From Synergistales bacterium (GTDB lineage: Bacteria > Synergistota > Synergistia > Synergistales > JAFGMB01), in assembly GCA_963666205.1 (NCBI GenBank), contig OY762654.1, positions 2,208,001 to 2,272,000 of the forward strand: a DNA stretch of 64,000 bases, given 5' to 3'. Made by a program: the position numbers and the translations under genes. Below are positions 18,977-29,590 of this stretch, in pieces. A model generated the notes under the pieces. The model was not told where the DNA came from and made no database searches. It saw only the letters and a program-made list of their open reading frames with translations. The first letter of the stretch is position 1. Each line of letters opens with the position of its first letter.

Positions 18977-19762
18977 TTGTCAGAAAGAAGGGGGATCAGG
19001 GTCCTAGAGAGGGCTTTTTCAGTCCTTAACTGTATTGCGACAGCGGATGTTTCCCTTGGCGTCACGGAGATATCGAAGTTAACTGGACTTTCCAAAACTA
19101 CTGTTTACAGAATTCTGTCAACAATGCTGGATTCCAATGTCCTGATAAGAAACCCTGCCGGTATATACCAGCTGGGTCCTTCCGTACTTTTCTGGGGTGA
19201 AGGGTACCGTCACAAGTCTAGTCTTATTGAAATCTCCCGTCCTTTTATGGATGAACTCTGTTCATGTTCTCAGGAAACAGTTCATCTCTTCTCTTACGAA
19301 AATGGAACAGGTTATTATATAGACAAGAGAGAGAGCCCTCAGCCTGTAGGAATGAAATCAAGGATCGGAGCCCGAATAGATCTTTACTGTACATCTGCAG
19401 GCAGAGCTATTCTTGCAGGCCTTCCAACGGGTGAACTGAACCAGTATCTCGCAGCTGTAGAAATGGAGAAGAAGACATCTTCAACTATTATCGACAGAGA
19501 AGAATTGATACATATTCTCGAAGGAGTGAGAGAACTGGGTTTTGCTGAAGAGAATCAGGAAAATGAAGAGGGAATAAGGTGTGTGGGTGCAGCTCTTTTA
19601 AATCATAACGGTTACCCGGTTGGTGCCATGAGCATATCGGCTCCAGCCTACAGGTTTTCCTCGGAGAAGAGGAATATCTTTGGTCCATATCTCAGGGATA
19701 AGGCAAGTGAGATATCTATTCAACTTGGATGGAAGAAGAATAATTTTCAGGAGGGGAAATAA
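18977..19762 (+). CDS. IclR family transcriptional regulator
   Basis: VLERAFSVL, LSKTTVYRIL, ETVHL, CTSAGRAIL and ENEEGIRCVGA. TTG start follows GAGGAG. Confidence 0.92.
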   Translation: MSERRGIRVLERAFSVLNCIATADVSLGVTEISKLTGLSKTTVYRILSTMLDSNVLIRNPAGIYQLGPSVLFWGEGYRHKSSLIEISRPFMDELCSCSQETVHLFSYENGTGYYIDKRESPQPVGMKSRIGARIDLYCTSAGRAILAGLPTGELNQYLAAVEMEKKTSSTIIDREELIHILEGVRELGFAEENQENEEGIRCVGAALLNHNGYPVGAMSISAPAYRFSSEKRNIFGPYLRDKASEISIQLGWKKNNFQEGK

Positions 19763-20421
19763 TGACATATATAAAGAAATTCGAAATTCTGGAGAAGATA
19801 CATGCCAGAGGAATAGTTGCCGTAATCAGGGCAAAGGATGCTGAAACCGGAAAGGGTATTGCAGATGCAGTTTTCGAAGGCGGGATTCCCGCTATAGAGA
19901 TGACCATGACCGTGCCCGGAGCCTTAAAGATCATAGAGAATATGGCTGAATACTACAAGGGAAAGGATATTATCCTGGGTGCAGGTACTGTTATGGATCC
20001 GGAAACTGCCAGAATGTGTATTCTGTCGGGAGCTGAATATATTATTTCTCCCTACCTCAACCCTGAAGTTATAACCATGTGCAACCGTTATTCAGTCCCA
20101 TGTATGCCCGGGATCGGTACAGTCACAGAGCTTGTTCATGCGATGGAGATGGGTGTAGATGTAGTAAAAGCCTTTCCGGGGAATGTTCTTGGCCCCGGAT
20201 TTATCAAGGCTGTTCACGGACCTGTGCCCCATGCGAATATTATGCCCACCGGGGGTGTGTCCCCATCCAATGTAGAAGAATGGCTGAAAGCCGGTGCTTT
20301 TGCACTTGGAATGGGTGGTGCGCTCACCAAACCGGATGGGAAAGAAGGGGATTATGAAGCTATAAGAAAAACATCAGAGCTTGTGGTCAGAAAAATTGCC
20401 GCCTTCAGAAGCAGTAATTGA
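19762..20421 (+). CDS. eda: KDPG/KHG aldolase family
   Basis: VAVIRA, IEMT, GAGTV, VKAFP and MPTGGVS. Confidence 0.88.
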   Translation: MTYIKKFEILEKIHARGIVAVIRAKDAETGKGIADAVFEGGIPAIEMTMTVPGALKIIENMAEYYKGKDIILGAGTVMDPETARMCILSGAEYIISPYLNPEVITMCNRYSVPCMPGIGTVTELVHAMEMGVDVVKAFPGNVLGPGFIKAVHGPVPHANIMPTGGVSPSNVEEWLKAGAFALGMGGALTKPDGKEGDYEAIRKTSELVVRKIAAFRSSN

Positions 20422-20468
20422 TACAGAAATGGAATAGCGGTTTTTTTGTGAAGATGGGGGGTAGTCTA

Positions 20469-21551
20469 TTGCATAAAATAAAGAATCTGCACCTGTACAG
20501 GGCAGTATCACCTTTGAGTCGACCCATAGCAGATTCAACACATACGATATCTGAAATCGCTTTTTTTATTGTCGAGATCGAATTGAATTCCGGTGTGACC
20601 GGCCAGGGATATCTTCTTTCCTTTCACTATTCGCCTGAAGCTATTGAAGGTGCACTCAGGGATATAGTACCAATGGTCAAGGATGTCCCTGTATATGAAA
20701 CAGGAAAAATTGTAAGGAAAGTATCTGCTGAACATGAATACTTTGGACAGGAAGGGCTTCAGAAGTGGGCCCTTGCAGTTGTAAACGTGGCCATGTGGGA
20801 TTGCTGGGGCAAAACCCTGGGAATGCCCATATGGAAGATCCTTGGGACCTCTGTCGATAGAGTTGCGGTCTATGGGAGCGGAGGCTGGCTTTCCTATACC
20901 ATCGAAGAACTTGTAGATGAAGTTACAACTTATAAAAAACGGGGATTTCAATCCGTGAAGGTAAAAGTAGGTTCTACCAATATAGAAGAGGACCTGGAAA
21001 GACTGAGAAAGGTCAGGGAAGCAGTAGGGCCGGACCTCAGGATCATGATGGATGCAAACCAGGGTATGTCCCTTCAGGATGCTCTAATTCTGTCAAGGAA
21101 GGCTGAAGATATTGACATATTCTGGTTTGAGGAACCCATTGATCACAGAAACTATGAGGGTTATGCGGAGCTTCGGAGAAAGACTGGCATTTCTCTTGCC
21201 ATGGGTGAAAGGGAGTATGATACGGATCCCCTGAAGGCTCTCATACAAAGGCAGGCCATAGATCTCTGGCAGCCTGATCTTATCCGTATGGGTGGTGTGG
21301 AAAACTGGCTGCAGTCGGCGGCTCTGGCTGAAGCCTACCATATTCCGGTCCTTCCCCATTATTACAAGGACTATGATGTTCCCCTTCTCTGCACCATTTC
21401 CAATGCTTTTGGAGCAGAATCTTTTGATTGGATAGATGGAATAATTGACAATCCGATGAGGGTCGAAAATGGATATGCCTATCCCAGGGAGGCACCGGGA
21501 TGGGGATTCAGATTTCAGGAAAAATATCTGAAAGAGATTCGAATTAAGTAA
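20469..21551 (+). CDS. mandelate racemase subgroup enolase-superfamily enzyme (acid-sugar dehydratase/cycloisomerase-like)
   Basis: AMWD, KVK, MDANQ, WFEEP, MGE, QPD, PH and PGWG. Confidence 0.88.
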   Translation: MHKIKNLHLYRAVSPLSRPIADSTHTISEIAFFIVEIELNSGVTGQGYLLSFHYSPEAIEGALRDIVPMVKDVPVYETGKIVRKVSAEHEYFGQEGLQKWALAVVNVAMWDCWGKTLGMPIWKILGTSVDRVAVYGSGGWLSYTIEELVDEVTTYKKRGFQSVKVKVGSTNIEEDLERLRKVREAVGPDLRIMMDANQGMSLQDALILSRKAEDIDIFWFEEPIDHRNYEGYAELRRKTGISLAMGEREYDTDPLKALIQRQAIDLWQPDLIRMGGVENWLQSAALAEAYHIPVLPHYYKDYDVPLLCTISNAFGAESFDWIDGIIDNPMRVENGYAYPREAPGWGFRFQEKYLKEIRIK

Positions 21552-21597
21552 ATGTTAAGCACTCTGGCACCAGTGTGTTTTAAGGAGGCTATGATCG

Positions 21598-23073
21598 ATG
21601 CAGACGATTCGCTCGGTAATTTTGGGAAATAGCGATAACGTTGCAGTTCTTATAGATGGGGGGGGAAAAGGTGACAGCCTGTACGTTAGAAAGGGTGATA
21701 TTGTCCTTACCGAGGATATCCCTGCCGGACATAAGGTAGCCTTGTCGGATCTGGACTTGGGATCTGAAGTCCGGAAATACGACCATGTGATAGGCCTTGC
21801 TACATGTTTTATTGCCAGGGGGAGCCGGGTCCATGTGCATAACGTGAAGACCCATCTTGAGCTGGGAACGGATTTTGTATTTGATCCCCGACCTGTGGAA
21901 ATAGAAATTGAAGAGAGCCCTGGTACATTCAAAGGTTTTTTGAGGCCAGACGGAAGAGTGGGTATCCGCAACGAACTCTGGGTAATACCTTCCGTAGGGT
22001 GTGTCAACACTATTGTAAAGGCCATGGCCTCCAGATACGAGGTGCCTGCATGGATAGACAGGCTTCAGGTCCTGGCTCACCCTTATGGATGTTCCCAGCT
22101 GGGAAGAGATCTGGAATTTACTGTTGATGCTCTGGCTGGCTTGGCGTATAACGGAAATGCTGCGGGGGTGCTCATAGTTGGATTGGGGTGTGAGAATCTG
22201 CAGCCCGAAATGATGAAAGAAAGACTGAATGACCATCCAAATATCCGTTTTCTGCAACTGCAGGATGTTGTAGATGAAGAAGCTGCCTTTTTCAGACTGC
22301 TTGACGAAATAGCTGAAAACTCTTCCAGGGAGAGGGTGGATTGTCAACTTTCCAGTCTCATAATTGGAGTCAAGTGCGGAGGAAGCGATGCCTACTCCAG
22401 CCTGACGGCCAATCCTCTTGTGGGGCATGTCGCAGACAGGGTGGTGTCCTGGGGAGGAACGGTCCTGGCCACAGAGATCCCGGAGATGTTCGGTGCAGAG
22501 GATATGCTCATATCCCGAATGAGTGATGGAAAAGTGTTCGATGATTTTGTGAAGATGATTAACTGGTTCAAGGAATATTTTCTTTCATATGGTCAGCCGA
22601 TCTATGAGAATCCGTCACCTGGGAATAAAGAAGGCGGCATCACTACACTGGAAGAAAAATCCATGGGTGCCGTTAAAAAAGCTGGAATCGGCCCTGTTAC
22701 AGACGTTCTGGATTATGGCAGGCCGTCCCGGAAAAAAGGGGTCAACATAGTGTTCTCGCCTGGAAATGATCTTGTTTCCACTACTGCCCTGGCTGCTTCA
22801 GGCGCTCATATCGTCCTTTTTACAACCGGAAGAGGGACCCCATTCGGGGGCGTTGTGCCCACAATAAAAATATCTACAAATTCCGAACTGGCCAGGAAAA
22901 AGGCTGGCTGGATAGACTTTAACGCAGGTACTATTCTTGATAACGGAGACTGGGATGACCATATCCTTTCCCTGTCGGAACTGCTAAAGGAAACAGCTTC
23001 GGGAAAACAGACATGCAACGAGAAAAATGATCTGTTCGAGATCGCAATTTTAAAGCATGGCGTTACCCTGTAG
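21598..23073 (+). CDS. uxaA: UxaA/GarD family (altronate-type) dehydratase
   Basis: SAF domain (IPAGHKVAL, VHVHN), GRVGIRN, HPYGCSQLG, LGCE, KCGGSD, ENPSPGNKEGG and FTTGRGTP. Confidence 0.88.
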   Translation: MQTIRSVILGNSDNVAVLIDGGGKGDSLYVRKGDIVLTEDIPAGHKVALSDLDLGSEVRKYDHVIGLATCFIARGSRVHVHNVKTHLELGTDFVFDPRPVEIEIEESPGTFKGFLRPDGRVGIRNELWVIPSVGCVNTIVKAMASRYEVPAWIDRLQVLAHPYGCSQLGRDLEFTVDALAGLAYNGNAAGVLIVGLGCENLQPEMMKERLNDHPNIRFLQLQDVVDEEAAFFRLLDEIAENSSRERVDCQLSSLIIGVKCGGSDAYSSLTANPLVGHVADRVVSWGGTVLATEIPEMFGAEDMLISRMSDGKVFDDFVKMINWFKEYFLSYGQPIYENPSPGNKEGGITTLEEKSMGAVKKAGIGPVTDVLDYGRPSRKKGVNIVFSPGNDLVSTTALAASGAHIVLFTTGRGTPFGGVVPTIKISTNSELARKKAGWIDFNAGTILDNGDWDDHILSLSELLKETASGKQTCNEKNDLFEIAILKHGVTL

Positions 23074-23108
23074 GAGCCCCCTTTTCATGGAGCCCCTTTC
23101 TGTAGTTT

Positions 23109-23810
23109 TTAGTTAATGAACATGCTGGCGCCGGGTCCCAGAGGAAGTCCGGCGAAGTACCAGATCGCAAGAAGGCCGGTCCATACGAACATGAAGAATA
23201 GGAAGATGGGTATTCCCTGGGATACGATGGTGCCAATTACCTCATCCTTTTCATACCTGGTAGCAAAGCCGAGGAGAATGGGGAAGTAGGGCATCATTGG
23301 AGTGATGCTTTTGGTGTAGGAGTCACCAATCCTGCAAATAAGTTGAGCCAGCTGAGGTGAGTAGTTAAGGTAATAGAGCATGGGGATTATAGCTGGCGCC
23401 ATAAAGGGCCACTTTGTTGATCCGCTGGTGACAAAAATGTTAATGAAGCTGGAAAGAAGAATAATAGCTACCAGAAGACCAAAGCCTGTAAGTACCATGT
23501 TCTGAAGCCAGGCAGCAAGTTTTACAGCCATCACGATGGCCATGTTGGATTTTTTAAAGGCAGCTATGAAGTTCGCTATGGGAAGGATGATGACGGTATA
23601 ACTTGCCATATGACCTACCCTTGAGGTCATTCCATCTATCATATCCTTTGCTTTCGTGATTGTGTTCCGACTTTCCGTCCATAAGTCAAACCGACAAGGA
23701 TTGAAGTAGAGCAGCATAAATGGAACCATTCCCCTTATAAAAGGGGAGGGAATAATGGTGTTCTTTACAGGGTCGCGAAGGGGACCGCCGGGAATGATTT
23801 TTTCTGTCAA
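23109..23810 (-). pseudogene. abgT: truncated AbgT family transporter
   Basis: Only the C-terminal half is present (SPFIRG, SGSTKW..MAP, RIGDS, ITPMMPYF, LPLGPG). No RBS. A compensating frameshift pair lies near 23660-23705. Confidence 0.78.
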
Positions 23811-23831
23811 TAAAAATGAACTCTAAGATTC

Positions 23832-25106
23832 TTAATGGTTCGAAAGAACTTCCCTTATAACCTGGCTCAGGAGTTTTACTCCTTTTAAAAGAGCGGTCTC
23901 GTCAAAATCAAAATATTCATTATGATGACCAGCGGTAATATCAGCACCCAGCATTATGTATGTAGCCTTGCCTCCTTTCTCCTGGACCCGCTTCATCATC
24001 CAGGCAGCGTCATCGCTGCCTCCGAGTTCCGCATACTTTTCGACTTCATTGAAATCCTCCATACCGGAAGCTGTTTTCACTACAATGTCTACCAGTTCTT
24101 CATCACTTGTAGTTGTTATGGATTCACCTTGTTTGTATATTCTGGATCCGACTTCGTACATGGAAGCACTGGATTCCACGATGGTAGTTGCTCTTTTGAA
24201 CATATAGGTAGCAATAGTTTCAGTTTCTCCCCTTGTTTCAGCTTTAAGGAGGGCATTGGGAGGAATTACATTCCGACCTTCTCCAGCTTTGAGAATACCC
24301 ACATTGATCCTGGAAACTCCGTCCCGGTGAGGAGCTATGGCATGCATATTCAGTGCTGCATTTGCTGCAGCGAGAAGGGCGTTATGACCTTCATTCGGAG
24401 CTGCACCGGCATGGGCTGAACGGCCATAATATTCAACATCGAACTTGGTAGTGCAAAGAAAACCCGAGGAACCTCCCACAACCTTGCCAGTGGGAAATCC
24501 CATTCCGAGATGGATGGCCAGGAAGTAATCGGAATCATCAAGTATTCCCTTTTCAACAATGGTTTTTGCCCCGCGGACACCCTCTTCAGCAGGCTGGAAT
24601 ATCAGTTTTATGATACCTTTCAATGTGTCTTTCCTGTTAACGAGAATTTCAGCAAGGCCCAGTCCCATGGCTGTATGTCCATCATGGCCGCATGAATGCA
24701 TGGCCCCGGGATTAACGGATGAAAAGCCTTGTTTAAAGGGACGGTGCTTCTCATCATTTACCTCGTTTACTTCTACGGCGTCAATGTCAAATCTCAATGA
24801 AATTACAGGGCCTGGTTTTCCGGTGTCGAGAATTCCAAGAACTCCCGTAAAACCATTCATTCTTTCGATCCATTCCTTTACAGCTCCCTGTTTCAATGCC
24901 CGGTCGATCTGTCCGGCGATGGAGTTTTCATCCCGTCCCATAACAGAAGATTCCTCAATGATCTCTCTTCCCGTCATAATCACATAGCCCAGTTCCGAGA
25001 GCCTTTCTGCTATCAGTGAACTGGTTCTGAACTCGAACCAGCCAGGTTCGGCATGTTTATGAAGATCCCGTCTTAAAGCTGTCATCCAGTTCTGTAATTT
25101 TTCCAT
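23832..25106 (-). CDS. M20 amidohydrolase, AbgA-like (aminobenzoyl-glutamate hydrolase subunit A family)
   Basis: RRDLHKHAEPGWFEFRT, the AbgA-type insertion, RFDIDA, MHSCGHDGH, FQPAEEGVRGA and GHHNEYFD. Confidence 0.88.
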   Translation of the reverse strand: MEKLQNWMTALRRDLHKHAEPGWFEFRTSSLIAERLSELGYVIMTGREIIEESSVMGRDENSIAGQIDRALKQGAVKEWIERMNGFTGVLGILDTGKPGPVISLRFDIDAVEVNEVNDEKHRPFKQGFSSVNPGAMHSCGHDGHTAMGLGLAEILVNRKDTLKGIIKLIFQPAEEGVRGAKTIVEKGILDDSDYFLAIHLGMGFPTGKVVGGSSGFLCTTKFDVEYYGRSAHAGAAPNEGHNALLAAANAALNMHAIAPHRDGVSRINVGILKAGEGRNVIPPNALLKAETRGETETIATYMFKRATTIVESSASMYEVGSRIYKQGESITTTSDEELVDIVVKTASGMEDFNEVEKYAELGGSDDAAWMMKRVQEKGGKATYIMLGADITAGHHNEYFDFDETALLKGVKLLSQVIREVLSNH

Positions 25107-25108
25107 AT

Positions 25109-26314
25109 TTATTCTCCAACCTCCTCCAGAACATCGAGGGCTACCTGACAGAGATATTTCACTCCAAAGGGAAGAGCTTTGTCATCCGGGAGGAACCTGT
25201 TGTTATGAAGTTTCGGGAATTTTCCTGCGGGTTTATCCTGAGGTCTGCAGCCTACCCATACGAAGGCAGAAGGGACCTTTTCGCTGAAGAATGCGAAATC
25301 CTCTCCCCCTGGGTTGGGCATGTCGATTTCATATAACCCATTTTCCCCAACTATCTTTTTGATCGTATTTCGAGCTATGGCAGTAATTTTAGGATTATTC
25401 ATTACCGAGGGGTATCCCCAGCGGTAATTGACTTCACATGCACCCCCCATCGCTCTGACCGTGCCTTCAACTGTCTCTTCTATTCTCCGGGCAAGCAACT
25501 TTCTTGTTTCTGGAGCAAAAGTACGAACTGTACCATCCAGTTCAACCCGGTCTGCGACTATGTTATAGCGTGTTCCTCCTGTTATTTTACCGATGGTGAT
25601 CACCGCAGAATCCAGGGGACTTACATTTCTTGATATGAGGGTCTGTAGCGAAGATATAGTCTCTGCTGCTATTACTACAGCATCTATGCCGAATTCCGGA
25701 GTAGCTGCATGAGTGCTTTTCCCGGATATGGATATCTGTAGTCTGTCGGATGCAGCTGACATTACTCCTTCCCGGATACCCAGTTCACCTGTTTTAAGGG
25801 TTGGCCAGACATGGACACCAAGAATGGCAGAAACCCTTGGATTGTCAAGGACACCATCTCTTATCATCCCCGGTGCACCTCCTGTGGGACTGCTTTCCTC
25901 AGCTGGCTGAAAAATGAATTTTATGGATCCCTTTATCTGATCTTTCATTTCAGAAAGGATATGAGCTGCCCCTAGAAGCATGGCAGTGTGGGAGTCATGT
26001 CCACAGGCGTGCATCACACCCTCATTTTCAGAGGCAAAACTGCAACCAGTTTCCTCCTGAATCTGCAAAGCATCCATGTCTGCTCTCAATGCTATGACAG
26101 GACCAGGATTATTTCCATTGAGAACAGCTACGACTCCTGTTCCTCCAATACCTGTTTTGACTTCCAGGTCCATGGAATTGAGGATATCTTTCACTTTTGC
26201 GGATGTCCTGACCTCTTCATAACTCGGTTCCGGGTGGCGATGGAGATCTTTCCAGTATTCGAGGTATGTGTTCCGGTACTTCTGTTCAAGGGTTTTTATA
26301 AGATCTTGAAGCAC
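25109..26314 (-). CDS. M20D amidohydrolase (HipO/IAA-amino acid hydrolase family)
   Basis: LHRHPE, LRADMDAL, MHACGHD, FQPAEE, GEDFAFF and LHN. Confidence 0.92.
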   Translation of the reverse strand: MLQDLIKTLEQKYRNTYLEYWKDLHRHPEPSYEEVRTSAKVKDILNSMDLEVKTGIGGTGVVAVLNGNNPGPVIALRADMDALQIQEETGCSFASENEGVMHACGHDSHTAMLLGAAHILSEMKDQIKGSIKFIFQPAEESSPTGGAPGMIRDGVLDNPRVSAILGVHVWPTLKTGELGIREGVMSAASDRLQISISGKSTHAATPEFGIDAVVIAAETISSLQTLISRNVSPLDSAVITIGKITGGTRYNIVADRVELDGTVRTFAPETRKLLARRIEETVEGTVRAMGGACEVNYRWGYPSVMNNPKITAIARNTIKKIVGENGLYEIDMPNPGGEDFAFFSEKVPSAFVWVGCRPQDKPAGKFPKLHNNRFLPDDKALPFGVKYLCQVALDVLEEVGE

Positions 26315-26548
26315 GATGAAACCTCCTTAATAAATGCCTTCCTGAAAATAATTCAATTCAGATATTGTGATAGACACAACGTTATATTTATCAATTTTAA
26401 CGACTAGTATCTGAAAGACCAACTTTAGAGGCTGTTTAAGGAGAAATACAGAAGATGCTCCAATAGAGCATCTTTTCGGATATATATATAACTGATCTTT
26501 AATGGGATAACGGGCTAAAAAGTCAGGAGAAAATTCGTGGATAGAAGG

Positions 26549-27268
26549 TCATTTTTTGACCTTCTTGATGATCTTTTCCAATCCGTACATAAGGTGGGCT
26601 TTCATCATTTCTGCAGCTTCCCGGGGTTTATGTTTTTTGACCAGATCCACTATCTGGCGGTGTTCTACCATCATCTTATCCCAGTCCTCATCCTTCAGGT
26701 CCAGATATTCGTGTCTTTGGGCATCTATCTCGCTCCTTATGGAACGGAGAAGTCTCAATGCAAGTTTGTTGCCTCCTATCCTGGCTATTGTTTCATGAAA
26801 ATCGGAATGGAATTTGAGGTTTTCTTCAGTTTTGGGATGGATCTTCTCTTCACTATCGGTACTCAGGAGAAGTACTTCTTCCAGTTCCATTATGTCATTG
26901 GAGGTAGCTCGCTCGGCTGCCCAGTATACATTCTGGCTTTCCAGCATGATACGGATCTGCATCAGTTCTACCCATGAAGAGTCATCGGAAAGGTAGTTCA
27001 TGAGTTCAGTGTTAGTGATCTTTCTCAGAGCATCTTCGGAGATAAAGGTCCCCTGGCCTGGTCTGGAATCCACAATACCAAAAACAGCAAGAGATTTAGT
27101 CGCTTCTCTTATGCTGTTTCTTCCAACCTCGAACTGCTCGGCCAGTTCCATTTCACTCGGTATCTTTTCTCCAGGAGTCCATGTTCCGTCTTTTACTGCT
27201 TCAAGCATCTGTTTCAGAACTTCCTGGTAGAGGGTAGTTCTGCTTGCTGGTTTAATCATTGGAATCAC
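26549..27268 (-). CDS. FadR/GntR family regulator
   Basis: PGEKIPSEMELAEQFEVGRNSIREA, RPGQGTF and an FCD domain (FHETIA, EHRQI). Confidence 0.92.
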   Translation of the reverse strand: MIPMIKPASRTTLYQEVLKQMLEAVKDGTWTPGEKIPSEMELAEQFEVGRNSIREATKSLAVFGIVDSRPGQGTFISEDALRKITNTELMNYLSDDSSWVELMQIRIMLESQNVYWAAERATSNDIMELEEVLLLSTDSEEKIHPKTEENLKFHSDFHETIARIGGNKLALRLLRSIRSEIDAQRHEYLDLKDEDWDKMMVEHRQIVDLVKKHKPREAAEMMKAHLMYGLEKIIKKVKK

Positions 27269-27384
27269 CTTTTCTGACTTTTAACTAAGATAATATATAA
27301 AAAGATTAAAAAAAGAAAGCAAAAAATCTAACAGGTCCATATCTGTCGCCTCAAGAGAGTATACAGTATCCATTGTTTATTTTA

Positions 27385-27445
27385 TTGACACTCTCTTCTT
27401 ACTTGGATATTATAACAGATAATCCAAACATCCTACATTAGGATT
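27385..27445 (+). promoter_or_regulatory. TRAP operon promoter with putative GntR operator
   Basis: TTGACA-N17-TATTAT (27385-27413), then AATCCAAACATCCTACATTAGGATT. Confidence 0.65.
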
Positions 27446-27578
27446 ATTTGAATACAGTATATTGTTACCTCAAGCACAAAGTCTATCCTCAGGGACTCGT
27501 TGATATTGAGAAGACCCTTTTCAGCTAACCAGATAGCGGAAGATTTAAAATCTATGTAATTTAAAGGAGGGAGTAGTT

Positions 27579-28124
27579 TTGCTGGGAGATAGCAATGGTT
27601 CAGGCTTACTGGACAAGGTCGAGACAATCCAGCATGTTCTTTTGTTTTTCCTGATGATGTTGGTTGCCATTCTTGTTTTTATCCAGGTTCTTCTGAGATA
27701 TGTTTTTAAAGCCCCTTTGATGGGGATAGAGGAGGTTCTTCTATTTCCTACAGTATGGCTTTATTTCATTGGAGGAATGAACGCTTCATGCGAGAGAAGC
27801 CAGATCGTCGCTCGTGTACTTGAGGTTTTCGTAAAAAAAGAAAAAACCATATTTTTTATCCGCACCATAGCATCTATTCTTGCTTTCGGGGTAGTCCTCT
27901 GGCTCACCTACTGGGGTTGGGATTTCTTCAAATATTCCATGAAAATGCAGAAAGAAAGCGCGACCCTTTACATCCCCCTCATTTATTCGGAGTCATGTGT
28001 TTTCATAGGTCTTGTGGTGATGTCCTTCTATACCTTCCTTGAGATCTTCCATAACCTGAGAATCTTCAAGTATGGCGGAGGTCATGAAGTGCTCGAAAAA
28101 GAACTGGAAGGAGGAGAGATCTAA
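27579..28124 (+). CDS. dctQ: TRAP transporter small permease
   Basis: QVLLRYVF, GIEEV and four TM segments. Confidence 0.88.
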   Translation: MLGDSNGSGLLDKVETIQHVLLFFLMMLVAILVFIQVLLRYVFKAPLMGIEEVLLFPTVWLYFIGGMNASCERSQIVARVLEVFVKKEKTIFFIRTIASILAFGVVLWLTYWGWDFFKYSMKMQKESATLYIPLIYSESCVFIGLVVMSFYTFLEIFHNLRIFKYGGGHEVLEKELEGGEI

Positions 28125-28125
28125 A

Positions 28126-29430
28126 ATGATGGGTACAGTCGCACTTGCACTGCTTGTTCTTGTTGTCCTTCTGACCCTTGGTGTTCCCCTTCCTTTCTGT
28201 TTTGGAGGAGGCCTCATGTTCATGAGTATTGTCGGCGGGGCTACAATGAAGGGCATGATGCTCTGGGGCCTGGGTCAGATAACCAACCCGGTGCTGCTCT
28301 GCGTTCCTCTTTTTATCTTTGCCGGGACCCTTATGAGTGAGAGCGGTATAGCGAAATACCTTCTTGATTTTGTCAATGTTTTTGTGGGAAGTAAAAGAGG
28401 AGGCCTTGGTGTCGTTGCCTCCGTCAGTTGTGCCATAATAGGAGCCATTTCAGGAAGCGGTTTTACAGGGGTAGCAGCTACAGGACCGATCCTCATCCCC
28501 AGGATGGAACAGGAAGGTTACCCTCGTGGCTATGCAACGGCCCTTGTAACAAATTCCTCAATTCTTGGTCTTCTCATCCCTCCCAGTGTTGTCATGATAG
28601 TCTACGGCTGGGTTACTGAGACATCCATCCTTGCCTGTTTTCTTGCAACCGTGGGGCCAGGTATACTTGTGACTTTCCTCTTTGCTGTTATCAACCTTGT
28701 ATGGTCCAGGAAATTCGACCTGACCATAGAGCCAAAGCTGCCTATGAAGGAGAAACTGGTCCAGATAAGGACACGTACCTGGATGGCTCTTCCTGCCCTT
28801 ATGATGCCCTTCATTATCCTTGGCGGGATTTACGGCGGAATAATGACCCCTACTGAAGCTGCTGCAGTAGCTGTTATATACTCGATCCCTGTTGGATTCT
28901 TTGTATATAAGGGACTTAATGCCAGGAACTTTTTCAAGATCGCCTGGAGTTCTGCCACTTCTGTCGGAGCCATCATGGTGATGATCATTTTCTGCCTGAT
29001 GCTAAGTCAGACCTTTGTAATGATGAGGGCACCCCAGGCAATAGTACAGCTTCTCTTCGGAGTGACCCAGAACAAGATAATTCTTCTTGTACTCATAAAT
29101 CTTCTTCTTTTCTTTGTGGGTATGATCGTCAATGACATAACTGGAATTATCCTCGTAGCGCCTTTACTGCTGCCCCTGGTTCAGGCTATAGGAATAAGTC
29201 CCATACATTTTGCTGCGATCATGGGTGTAAACCTTGCCATGGGTGGTGTTACCCCGCCCTACGCGAGCATTCTGTATCTTGGAATGAGAATCGGGAACGT
29301 GGAATTCATGGATATTATAAAACCTGCCATGGTTCTCCTCCTGCTGGGCTATGTTCCGGTAGTCTTCCTGACATCTTTCTGGCCTGGACTCTCAATGTTC
29401 CTTCCAACTCTTCTCGGGTTTGTCCATTAG
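28126..29430 (+). CDS. dctM: TRAP transporter large permease
   Basis: VPLFIFAG, GAISGS, LIPPS, TPTEAA and GGVTPP. Confidence 0.92.
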   Translation: MMGTVALALLVLVVLLTLGVPLPFCFGGGLMFMSIVGGATMKGMMLWGLGQITNPVLLCVPLFIFAGTLMSESGIAKYLLDFVNVFVGSKRGGLGVVASVSCAIIGAISGSGFTGVAATGPILIPRMEQEGYPRGYATALVTNSSILGLLIPPSVVMIVYGWVTETSILACFLATVGPGILVTFLFAVINLVWSRKFDLTIEPKLPMKEKLVQIRTRTWMALPALMMPFIILGGIYGGIMTPTEAAAVAVIYSIPVGFFVYKGLNARNFFKIAWSSATSVGAIMVMIIFCLMLSQTFVMMRAPQAIVQLLFGVTQNKIILLVLINLLLFFVGMIVNDITGIILVAPLLLPLVQAIGISPIHFAAIMGVNLAMGGVTPPYASILYLGMRIGNVEFMDIIKPAMVLLLLGYVPVVFLTSFWPGLSMFLPTLLGFVH

Positions 29431-29590
29431 TTCCCGGATCAGAGGTAACTGAAATACCTGAAAGTAATGTGTAGCATCGGAGTTTCTGTTTTTAAGACAA
29501 TACCTTTTTGTTGAGAAAGGTTCATACAGTTCTTCTTTCAGGAGAACTATGAAAAAAAGATAGTACCAAATCAAAAGGAGGCGACAAGAA

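Noticed and set aside
21589-22428. Long antisense ORFs (also 45315-46037, 52693-53331, 57850-58443 and others)
   Set aside because: They are shadows of well-supported genes on the opposite strand, with no motifs or RBS.
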